From positions 1 through 15,643 of IMG/VR virus record IMGVR_UViG_2925919700_000004: DNA of 15,643 nt; one strand, 5' to 3'. Positions 1 through 6,551 of this stretch are shown here, one piece after another. How positions within the stretch are numbered: position 1 is the stretch's first letter; every line of letters begins with the position of its first letter. This DNA is from a virus. Lineage: Duplodnaviria; Heunggongvirae; Uroviricota; Caudoviricetes. Under the pieces are notes generated by a model. The model did not search any database and was not told the origin of the DNA. It worked only from the letters and a program-made list of their open reading frames with translations. Position numbers and translations under genes: made by a program.

Positions 1-1074
1 TCATTTGTCGATTTCAATTTTGTCCCATTCCCGTCCACGGCTGTCCCTATACCGCGCCGCCATTGAATCTGATTTATGCCCGAGAAGACGTTGAGCAAAC
101 TTATCGCCAATCTGGTTCCGGTATAGCCTCGCTGACAGGCTACGCAGTTCATGGAATGTTGGCGGGTTTCCATCAAATGAGAGGCCAGATGCATTTCTCG
201 CCTTTGTAAAATACTTTGATACTGTTTTCGGGGAAAGCGGATCGTGATGCTTTGATGCGATTATAGTTTCACTGCTGCTGGCCTCCCTGCATTTCTGTAG
301 TGTATCAGCCAATGAGATATTGAGCGCGTCAATCGTTAGCGTTAGCGGAATGGCGAGTTTAGCCCCTGTTTTACTCTGTTTAATGTGAAGATGGTTGTCG
401 TTTATGTCTGACCATTTCATTCTGCACAAATCGCCGACTCTCTGCCCTGTAACGACGGCCAAATCCATCGCCAGCCTTAGCCAGATAGGGAGAGGTTCGG
501 CTGCATGGTAAATCTCGACATACTCATTAGCTGTCAGCCTTGAGCGCCTTACTTCTGACTTTGCTGTACGGGTTGCTGTTACCGGATTCGTTGCCACATG
601 CCCCTCGGCTATTGCTTCACGAAAAACGTCAACAAGGGTTGACCTGATTAATTTTGCGGAAGCTGCTTTACCTTCTGCTACGTAGGTGTTTAGCATTGCT
701 GCCACTTCTTTCGTTGATATGTCAGTGAGCGGTTTGTCCGGCAATTTTCTTCGGATTGCCCTGATTTTGCTGGCGTAGTCGAGTAGAGTTTTCGGCCTGA
801 TCCCCCTTTCGGTGAGGATTGTTTCATATCGGTCAAGCCACACATGAAGAGTGATTGCGTCACCGCCTTTAATTCTGTCTATCAGTGATTTGCGTCCGCT
901 GTCTGAGAGTAACTCAATATTGGCCTGTATTGCTTCAGTGATTGCTATCCTCCTGTCTCGGCCTAATCCAAACTCTTTACCCGTCCTTGGGTCCCTGTAG
1001 CAGTAATATCCATTGTTTCTTATATAAAGGTTAGGGGGTAAATCCCGGCGCTCATGACTTCGCCTTCTTCCCAT
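1..1074 (-). CDS. int: Phage integrase, tyrosine recombinase (lambda/HK022-type Int); complete, stop codon at positions 1-3
   Basis: 357-aa ORF. The first ~55 residues (MGRRRSHERRDLPPNLYIRNNGYYCYRDPRTGKEFGLGRDRRIAITEAIQANIEL) match the lambda Int arm-binding domain as I recall it. The C-terminal region has the tyrosine-recombinase catalytic context (PTFHELRSLSARLY ... LLGHKSDSMAARYRD). It overlaps xis by 23 nt as in lambda. Confidence 0.95.
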   Translation of the reverse strand: MGRRRSHERRDLPPNLYIRNNGYYCYRDPRTGKEFGLGRDRRIAITEAIQANIELLSDSGRKSLIDRIKGGDAITLHVWLDRYETILTERGIRPKTLLDYASKIRAIRRKLPDKPLTDISTKEVAAMLNTYVAEGKAASAKLIRSTLVDVFREAIAEGHVATNPVTATRTAKSEVRRSRLTANEYVEIYHAAEPLPIWLRLAMDLAVVTGQRVGDLCRMKWSDINDNHLHIKQSKTGAKLAIPLTLTIDALNISLADTLQKCREASSSETIIASKHHDPLSPKTVSKYFTKARNASGLSFDGNPPTFHELRSLSARLYRNQIGDKFAQRLLGHKSDSMAARYRDSRGREWDKIEIDK

Positions 1075-1270
1075 TTCTGATCCTCTTCAAAAGGCTACCT
1101 GTTACTGGTCGATTTAAGTCAACCTTTACCGCTGATTCGTGGAACAGATACTCTCTTCCATCCTTAACCGGAGGAGGGAATATCCTGCACTCGCGTACCC
1201 ATCGACGAACTGTTTCAAGGCTTCTTGGGCGTCGCTGGCGTGCGTTCCACTCCTGAAGTGTCAAGTACAT
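1052..1270 (-). CDS. xis: Excisionase Xis (lambda-type)
   Basis: 72-aa ORF MYLTLQEWNARQRRPRSLETVRRWVRECRIFPPPVKDGREYLFHESAVKVDLNRPVTG..LLKRIRNGKKAKS, essentially identical (one substitution by my recollection) to lambda Xis. Sits immediately upstream of and overlapping int. Confidence 0.92.
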   Translation of the reverse strand: MYLTLQEWNARQRRPRSLETVRRWVRECRIFPPPVKDGREYLFHESAVKVDLNRPVTGSLLKRIRNGKKAKS

Positions 1271-1295
1271 CGCAAAGTCTCCGCAATTACACGCA

Positions 1296-1317
1296 AGAAA
1301 AAACCGCCATCAGGCGG
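1296..1317 (-). terminator. Candidate Rho-independent terminator on the minus strand, upstream of xis
   Basis: Plus-strand CCGCC-atca-GGCGG (1304-1317) preceded by agaaaaaa. On the minus strand this is a GC stem-loop followed by UUUUUUCUUG. Confidence 0.5.
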
Positions 1318-1490
1318 CTTGGTGTTCTTTCAGTTCTTCAATTCGAATATTGGTTACGTCTGCATGTGCTATCTGCGCCCACAGCATCCAGTGGTCATAG
1401 CAGTCGCTGATGTTCTCGGCTTCGATAACTCTGTTGAATGGTTCTCCATTCCATTCACCTGTAACTCGGAAGTGCATTTATCATCTCCAT

Positions 1491-1515
1491 AAAACAAAAC
1501 TCGCCGTAGCGAGTT
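1491..1515 (-). terminator. Candidate Rho-independent terminator on the minus strand, downstream of the Ea8.5-like gene
   Basis: Perfect 7-bp stem AACTCGC/GCGAGTT (1498-1504 and 1509-1515) with a 4-nt loop. The minus-strand transcript continues into UUGUUUUAU (plus-strand aaaacaaaa at 1491-1499). Confidence 0.5.
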
Positions 1516-1565
1516 CAGATAAAAGAAATCCCCGCGAGTGCGAGGATAGTTACTTGTTCATATTA

Positions 1566-2108
1566 TTAATCGTCAATGTATTTTGAGCATTGTGGGCAAT
1601 CATCGATCCCACAATACGATTCATATGCATCCTTTATTGCGTCGCGGGCTTCAGTAAGAGTATTGAATAAGTTGCAGCTATTATCTTTTTGATATAGGTA
1701 AGTTCCTAATTTATAAGCAGAAGAAGCATCATTTCCGCTGTCTAAAATTACATCGTTATGGATTCTGCACCTTGCAAGAACTCCTGATCCCATATCGGTA
1801 ATTCTTATTCCTTCGCTACCATCCATTGGAGGCCATCCTTCCTGACCATTTCCATCATTCCAGTCGAACTCACACACAACACCATATGCATTTAAGTCGC
1901 TTGAAATTGCTATAAGCAGAGCATGTTGCGCCAGCATGATTAATACAGCATTTAATACAGAGCCGTGTTTATTGAGTCGGTATTCAGAGTCTGACCAGAA
2001 ATTATTAATCTGGTGAAGTTTTTCCTCTGTCATTACGTCATGGTCGATTTCAATTTCAATTGATGCTTTCCAGTCGTAATCAATGATGTATTTTTTGATG
2101 TTTGACAC
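1566..2108 (-). CDS. Ea8.5-like early-left protein with C-terminal Cys-x2-Cys zinc-binding motif and an N-terminal extension
   Basis: 180-aa ORF with GTG start at 2108 and a GAGGA Shine-Dalgarno about 9 nt upstream. The C-terminus (...SSAYKLGTYLYQKD...YESYCGIDDCPQCSKYIDD) resembles the C-terminus of lambda Ea8.5 as I recall it (...CPLCTKHIDD). It occupies the same position (first gene leftward of xis) with the same ~295-bp spacing as lambda ea8.5. AT-rich. Confidence 0.6.
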   Translation of the reverse strand: MSNIKKYIIDYDWKASIEIEIDHDVMTEEKLHQINNFWSDSEYRLNKHGSVLNAVLIMLAQHALLIAISSDLNAYGVVCEFDWNDGNGQEGWPPMDGSEGIRITDMGSGVLARCRIHNDVILDSGNDASSAYKLGTYLYQKDNSCNLFNTLTEARDAIKDAYESYCGIDDCPQCSKYIDD

Positions 2109-2126
2109 CTATTCATATCCTCATAG

Positions 2127-2154
2127 ATAAAAAATCGCCCTCACACTGGAGGGC
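2127..2154 (-). terminator. Candidate Rho-independent terminator on the minus strand
   Basis: 6-bp GC-rich stem GCCCTC/GAGGGC (2137-2142 and 2149-2154) with loop acactg. The minus-strand transcript continues GAUUUUUUAU (plus-strand ataaaaaat at 2127-2135). Confidence 0.5.
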
Positions 2155-2290
2155 AAAGAAGATTTCCAATAATCAGAACAAATCGGCTCCTGTTTAGTTA
2201 CGAGCGACATTGCTCCGTGTATTCACTCGTTGGAATGAATACACAGTGCAGTGTTTATTCTGTTATTTATGCCAAAAATAAAGGCCACTA

Positions 2291-2491
2291 TCAGGCAGCC
2301 TTGTTATTCTGTTTACCAAGTTCTCTGGCAATCATTGCCGTAGTTCGTATTGCCCATTTATCGACATATTTCCCATCCTCCATTACAGGAAACATTTCTT
2401 CAGGCTTAACCATGCATTCCGATTGCAGCTTGCATCCATTGCATCGCTTGAATTGTCCACACCATTGATTCTTATCAATAGTCGTAGTCAT
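2291..2491 (-). CDS. Small Cys-rich hypothetical protein (possible zinc-binding, 66 aa)
   Basis: ORF MTTTIDKNQWCGQFKRCNGCKLQSECMVKPEE... with a C-x5-C-x2-C-x5-C arrangement. Lies in the leftward operon between the Ea8.5-like gene and the basic protein gene. No family assignment possible without a search. Confidence 0.5.
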   Translation of the reverse strand: MTTTIDKNQWCGQFKRCNGCKLQSECMVKPEEMFPVMEDGKYVDKWAIRTTAMIARELGKQNNKAA

Positions 2492-2561
2492 ACGGATAGT
2501 CCTGGTATTGTTCCATCACATCCTGCGGATGCTCTTCGAACTCTTCAAATTCTTCTTCCAT
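2475..2561 (-). CDS. Very small acidic peptide ORF (28 aa, MEEEFEEFEEHPQDVMEQYQDYPYDYDY)
   Basis: ATG at 2561 preceded by GAGGTG. Stop TGA (2475-2477) overlaps the ATG of the downstream Cys-rich gene by 17 nt. Below the ORF-track size cutoff; may or may not be translated. Confidence 0.3.
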   Translation of the reverse strand: MEEEFEEFEEHPQDVMEQYQDYPYDYDY

Positions 2562-2569
2562 ATATCACC

Positions 2570-2896
2570 TCAAATAAGTGGTTTGCTGCCTAATTTCATT
2601 TTCTGGCGACCAACACAAGTCACACCCATTTCACTGCGTGGCTTGCTGTACCATGTGCGCTGATTCTTGCGCTCAATACGTTGCAGGTTGCTTTCAATCT
2701 GTTCGTGGTATTCAGACAGCACTGTAAGGTCTATCGGATTCAGTGCGCTTTCTACTCGTGATTTCGGTTTGCGATTCAGCGAGAGAATAGGGCGGTTAAC
2801 TGGTTTTGCGCTTACCCCAACCAACAGGGGATTTGCTGCTTTCCATTGAGCCTGTTTCTCTGCGCGACGTTCGCGGCGGCGTGTTTGTGCATCCAT
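2570..2896 (-). CDS. Hypothetical basic protein (108 aa, Arg/Lys-rich N-terminus)
   Basis: The track ORF 2570..2947 has an internal ATG at 2896 preceded by a strong AGGAG about 8 nt upstream (plus-strand ctcctgt at 2908-2914). N-terminus MDAQTRRRERRAEKQAQWKAANP is highly basic, which might indicate nucleic-acid binding. Confidence 0.5.
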   Translation of the reverse strand: MDAQTRRRERRAEKQAQWKAANPLLVGVSAKPVNRPILSLNRKPKSRVESALNPIDLTVLSEYHEQIESNLQRIERKNQRTWYSKPRSEMGVTCVGRQKMKLGSKPLI

Positions 2897-2983
2897 CTTT
2901 ATTCTCCTGTCAGTTAGCTTTGGTGGTGTGGTAGGTGGGAGACCCATTTCGACCTGCTTCGGCCGACTTCAATTCGGCAATAG

Positions 2984-3295
2984 TTCCGCAGGCCTCGCCG
3001 CTTTACGTGCGACATATTCCCACTCGATGCTAAATACACCGGAGAACTAGCTGATGCGAAAAAGCAGCTTGATGATCTGCAGCGTTGTGTTCGCACTGGC
3101 AAGTGTGGGCTGCACTTCAATGCCCGATGTCCAGCGAGCGGAAAGACCGGCACCGGCAGCTTGGGCGATGCTTCCAGCCCCGGACTTACTGACTCCGCTG
3201 AACGGGATTATTTCACCCTCAGAGAGCGAATCGTCACAGTGACGAAGCAGGTCGGCTACTTGCAGGACTACATCAAAGAGCAGTGTTCAAATTAG
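2984..3295 (+). pseudogene. Rz: 5'-truncated Rz (i-spanin) remnant; no start codon, N-terminal transmembrane domain missing
   Basis: Reading frame open from 2984 to stop TAG at 3293-3295 with no ATG/GTG/TTG start. Translation ...LDAKYTGELADAKKQL...DASSPGLTDSAERDYFTLREAIVTVTKQVGYLQDYIKEQCSN aligns with the C-terminal ~90 residues of lambda Rz (...LDAKYTKELADAKAEND...NAASPRLADTAERDYFTLRERLITMQKQLEGTQKYINEQCR, from memory). Confidence 0.8.
3054..3242 (+). CDS. Rz1: Rz1 (o-spanin) outer-membrane lipoprotein, embedded in the +1 frame of the Rz remnant
   Basis: 62-aa ORF MRKSSLMICSVVFALASVGCTSMPDVQRAERPAPAAWAMLPAPDLLTPLNGIISPSESESSQ, with a signal peptide ending in a lipobox-like SVGC and a proline-rich mature region. 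Strongly resembles lambda Rz1 (...VVGCTSK...PPPPPAWIMQPPPDWQTPLNGIISPSERG, from memory). Confidence 0.8.
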   Translation: MRKSSLMICSVVFALASVGCTSMPDVQRAERPAPAAWAMLPAPDLLTPLNGIISPSESESSQ

Positions 3296-3353
3296 TGTTA
3301 ATGAAGAATTTTAAGGGTAATATTATCTCTATTTCTCAGGATGGAGGTAATTT

Positions 3354-3761
3354 ATGCAGACCGATCTGGAATACTTGAAGGGAATGTTAGGGGTCTTTAT
3401 TAAGGCTGGCGGACCATTGATATCAGCTAATGACCTTAAAAAAGCTGGATACGAAATAAGCAGCGATAAAGGACTCTTTCATTACTACCAATTGATTGAG
3501 AGAGGTTATATTAGTAACCATTTTCTAGAAATAGGCGATCCTAAGAAATTAGGACTTACTATTGGGCTTAATGAAATCCGTGAATGGCCAGCCAATGTAA
3601 GACTCACGTCATCAGGCCAAGAGTTTGCAGAAACCCTTCAACAAAAGGCTGTTTTTGAGAAGCTAAAAACAATTAGCGATCAACCATTATCGGTATTGAA
3701 AGATGTTGGTGTAGAGCTTCTAAAATCCTACGCAAAAAAGAAATTTGGTCTTTCAGATTAA
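3354..3761 (+). CDS. Hypothetical cytoplasmic protein (135 aa), cargo gene of unknown function
   Basis: ATG at 3354 with GGAGG about 8 nt upstream. AT-rich compared with the flanking Rz and terminase genes. No transmembrane segment evident and no recognisable motif. Followed by a terminator-like hairpin. Confidence 0.6.
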   Translation: MQTDLEYLKGMLGVFIKAGGPLISANDLKKAGYEISSDKGLFHYYQLIERGYISNHFLEIGDPKKLGLTIGLNEIREWPANVRLTSSGQEFAETLQQKAVFEKLKTISDQPLSVLKDVGVELLKSYAKKKFGLSD

Positions 3762-3783
3762 CTGCCTATGGGCGGTTTTTATT
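3762..3783 (+). terminator. Candidate Rho-independent terminator
   Basis: CTGCC-tatg-GGCGG stem (one G-U pair) followed by TTTTTATT, immediately after the stop codon at 3759-3761. Confidence 0.45.
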
Positions 3784-3875
3784 GCCATTACGATGATTCT
3801 CCCCATCGTGATGGCAGTATCCCCTACAGAGGATAATTAACCATATATCCCCACAAGCGGATAAAGAGGCTCTCA

Positions 3876-3989
3876 ATGTCCGACATCTACCAAACCCAAA
3901 CAGGCGAAACCTTTACGGGCAAGACGTCACGACGTCAGCCTGATCTGGTTAATGGCTTTATGCAGCTGGCTACCGAGACGGGCGAGTAA
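3876..3989 (+). CDS. Possible small ORF (37 aa, MSDIYQTQTGETFTGKTSRRQPDLVNGFMQLATETGE)
   Basis: ATG at 3876 preceded by AAAGAGG about 5 nt upstream. GC content higher than surrounding AT-rich DNA. Too short to assess, so it may be a gene fragment. Confidence 0.25.
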   Translation: MSDIYQTQTGETFTGKTSRRQPDLVNGFMQLATETGE

Positions 3990-4077
3990 ATAACTCCATT
4001 AGGAGAATGTGGAACCATTACACTTTGAGCCGTTAACTGATATTGATAAAGGTAAATAATATCTTGGTTAAGGTTTT

Positions 4078-4350
4078 CTAATAGCCAGCCATTTGCAAAA
4101 TCACAGTTGCAGCAGCAGCGAAAGCTGCATATGAGTTATATTTAGACTGTAACCGCGCAGTTAAGAAAAATTCGTGAAGATCTACATTTTTTTTGGGATC
4201 ATCAAATGTAATTGCTACAACGGTGCTTCTACCTGTTTTGACTTTGGCTGTTGCTGATTTGATCCATAACCCAGCCGATAAAAACCCAAAGAAAATCGAT
4301 AGTGCATGATGGTCAATTAACCAGTTTTTAATTAGTAATAAATCACTCAT
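4078..4350 (-). CDS. Small hypothetical membrane protein (about 90 aa) antisense to the late operon, at the bor-equivalent position
   Basis: Track ORF 4078..4395 trimmed to the internal ATG at 4350 (MSDLLLIKNWLIDHHALSIFFGFLSAGLWI...). One clear and one weaker hydrophobic segment. AT-rich. Convergent with the 3354..3761 gene. Not similar to lambda Bor as I recall it. Confidence 0.45.
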   Translation of the reverse strand: MSDLLLIKNWLIDHHALSIFFGFLSAGLWIKSATAKVKTGRSTVVAITFDDPKKNVDLHEFFLTARLQSKYNSYAAFAAAATVILQMAGY

Positions 4351-4374
4351 TTTCAATCCAATTGAGACTTTGTC

Positions 4375-4926
4375 ATGGCACTCACCGACAAACAAGAGAT
4401 GTTCTGTCGCGAGTACCTCATCGATTTAAACGCCACGCAAGCGGCTATTCGGGCGGGGTACAGCGCAAAGACAGCTAACCGTACCGCATCCGAAAACCTG
4501 TCAAAACCTGACATCAAGTTAAGAATCGCCGAACTGAAAGCACAACGCAATGATCTTGTTGGTATTAATGCAGAATATGTACTTAATCGCCTTATTGAAA
4601 TCGACCAGATGGATGTGCTCGACATTCTCCTGCAAAACGGTGAGTTAAAGCCCATTAAAGACTGGCCTAAGGTATGGCGCACAACGCTATCAGGAATGGA
4701 TGTCGTGGAGATGGCATCCGCAGATAGCGCCGCACTTCTGAAGAAAATCAAATGGCCTGATAAGGTCAAAAACCTTGAGTTGCTCGGGCGTCATGTTTCT
4801 GTTCAGGCGTTTAAAGACAATGTCAAAAATGAAGTGACTGGCGCTGATGGAGGACCAGTCAGAACAGAAATTACCAACTTAACGCCGGAGCAGGCTGCAG
4901 AAGTGTATAAAAAAATGATGGGCTAA
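4375..4926 (+). CDS. terS: Terminase small subunit (Terminase_2 / P27-like family)
   Basis: 183-aa ORF starting [34 protein letters not shown]..., a characteristic N-terminal signature of this terminase small subunit family. Directly precedes the large subunit gene. Confidence 0.9.
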   Translation: MALTDKQEMFCREYLIDLNATQAAIRAGYSAKTANRTASENLSKPDIKLRIAELKAQRNDLVGINAEYVLNRLIEIDQMDVLDILLQNGELKPIKDWPKVWRTTLSGMDVVEMASADSAALLKKIKWPDKVKNLELLGRHVSVQAFKDNVKNEVTGADGGPVRTEITNLTPEQAAEVYKKMMG

Positions 4927-4928
4927 GT

Positions 4929-6551
4929 ATGCCGTTACCATTCCCCTTCGATTTTAAACATCCTGATTACCAGATGGTTTTTGAATGGCGGATGGAACGC
5001 CTACAGCGCATTCGCCAGAACCCTGAAATATTGCCAGCACTAAAACAGTTTTACCGAACCAACCCGGCTCAGTTCATCATCGACTGGGGCATGACAACGG
5101 ACCCGCGTAATATTGATTATGGCCTGCCGGTGACCATTCCGTTTTTACTCTTCCCTAAGCAGGAGGAGTGGATCCACTGGATTATGGAACGCTGGGGTAA
5201 TCGGGAGAATGGTATTACCGAAAAATCCCGTGAAATGGGGCTCAGTTGGACCGCGATCGGACTGGCCTGCTCGCTTTGTCTCTTCAACAAAGAAATGGTT
5301 ATCGGTTTCGGCTCCCGTAAAGAGGAATACGTCGACAGCACCGGTGACCCGAAAGCATTGTTCTGGAAGGCGCGCAAGTTCGTGGAAACGCTACCTGTAG
5401 AGTTTCGCGGTTCGTGGAGCGAGAAGAAGCACGCGCCATATATGCGTGTTGAGTTTCCTGAAACTGGTGCCGTTATCAAAGGCGAGGCTGGCGATAATAT
5501 TGGTCGTGGTGACCGTACCACGCTTTATCTGGTTGATGAGGCTGCATTCCTTCAGCGTCCTCTGCTGATTGATGCTGCGTTGTCACAAACGACGCGTTGC
5601 CGTATTGACCTGAGTTCAGTTAACGGCATGGCGAACCCGTTCGCTCAGAAGCGTCATGGCGGGAAGATACCGGTATTCACATTCCACTGGCGGGATGATC
5701 CTCGCAAGGATGAAGAGTGGTATCGCAGGGAATGCGAGAAAATCGATAATCCGGTGGTGGTGGCACAGGAACTTGATCTGAACTACAGCGCATCTGCGGA
5801 AGGCGTCCTGATCCCGTCCGACTGGGTACAGGCTGCCGTCGACGCACATATCAAACTTGGTATTCAGCCAACGGGCAAGCGACTGGGCGCGATGGACGTC
5901 GCCGACGAAGGCCGGGACAAAAATGCCTTTTCGACCCGTCACGGCTTCCTTCTGGAGAACGTGCGTGAATGGTCCGGCGTTGGCAGCGACATTTACCAGT
6001 CTGTTGAGAAGGTCTTCGGCTTTTGCGAACAGGACAACCTCGAAGAGTTTCGCTTTGACGAGGACGGGCTGGGCGCTGGCGTTCGCGGCGATGCACGCGC
6101 TATCAACGAACTGCGTAACGCTGCGCGCCGACCGTCAATACTCGCAACACCGTTTCGAGGTAGTGGCGCGGTATTTGATCCGGATGATGAAGCGGTGCGC
6201 GGTGACAACGGACAGGCCGCCCGCCTGAACAAGGACTTCTTCGCTAACGCCAAAGCCCAGAGCTGGTGGCGGTTACGTAAACTTTTTCAGAATACCTGGC
6301 GCGCCGTGGTCGAAGGTATGGCTTACAACCCGGACGAAATCATCTCAATCAGCAGTAGCATGGCACTCAAAGATAAACTCATCATCGAGCTTTCGCAGCC
6401 GACCTATTCCATTAATGGTATGGGAAAAATCGTTATTGATAAACAGCCTGATGGAACCCGGTCGCCAAACCTTGCCGACTCGGTGATGATCAACTATGCC
6501 CCAATGAATTCAGCCCTGAACATCTGGGAGCTGCTAGGGAGACAGGCCTGA
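4929..6551 (+). CDS. terL: Terminase large subunit (ATPase and nuclease)
   Basis: 540-aa ORF. Has a lambda gpA-like deviant P-loop (KSREMGLS, compare lambda KSARVGYS), a Walker B-like LYLVDEAAF motif and acidic nuclease-type motifs ([11 protein letters not shown]). Start is 2 nt after the terS stop; its stop overlaps the portal start (TGATG). Confidence 0.9.
   Translation: MPLPFPFDFKHPDYQMVFEWRMERLQRIRQNPEILPALKQFYRTNPAQFIIDWGMTTDPRNIDYGLPVTIPFLLFPKQEEWIHWIMERWGNRENGITEKSREMGLSWTAIGLACSLCLFNKEMVIGFGSRKEEYVDSTGDPKALFWKARKFVETLPVEFRGSWSEKKHAPYMRVEFPETGAVIKGEAGDNIGRGDRTTLYLVDEAAFLQRPLLIDAALSQTTRCRIDLSSVNGMANPFAQKRHGGKIPVFTFHWRDDPRKDEEWYRRECEKIDNPVVVAQELDLNYSASAEGVLIPSDWVQAAVDAHIKLGIQPTGKRLGAMDVADEGRDKNAFSTRHGFLLENVREWSGVGSDIYQSVEKVFGFCEQDNLEEFRFDEDGLGAGVRGDARAINELRNAARRPSILATPFRGSGAVFDPDDEAVRGDNGQAARLNKDFFANAKAQSWWRLRKLFQNTWRAVVEGMAYNPDEIISISSSMALKDKLIIELSQPTYSINGMGKIVIDKQPDGTRSPNLADSVMINYAPMNSALNIWELLGRQA

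Noticed and set aside
1139-1492. Plus-strand ORFs of 117 aa and 61 aa (1139..1492, 1225..1410)
   Set aside because: They run antisense to xis and through the xis to Ea8.5-like intergenic region, which contains minus-strand terminator hairpins. No Shine-Dalgarno and no recognisable protein features. Most likely spurious.
2217-2468. Plus-strand 83-aa ORF antisense to the Cys-rich small gene
   Set aside because: Entirely antisense to a better-supported minus-strand gene with operon context. No ribosome-binding site.
2914-3153. Minus-strand 79-aa ORF and the N-terminal extension of the 2570..2947 ORF
   Set aside because: The 79-aa ORF is antisense to the Rz/Rz1 region with no start signal. For the 125-aa ORF the internal ATG at 2896 has a strong AGGAG, while the extended start would run into the recombination junction.
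4078-4350. Identification of the antisense membrane protein as Bor
   Set aside because: The position matches lambda bor, but the sequence has no lipoprotein signal and lipobox and does not resemble Bor as I recall it. Left as an unassigned membrane protein.
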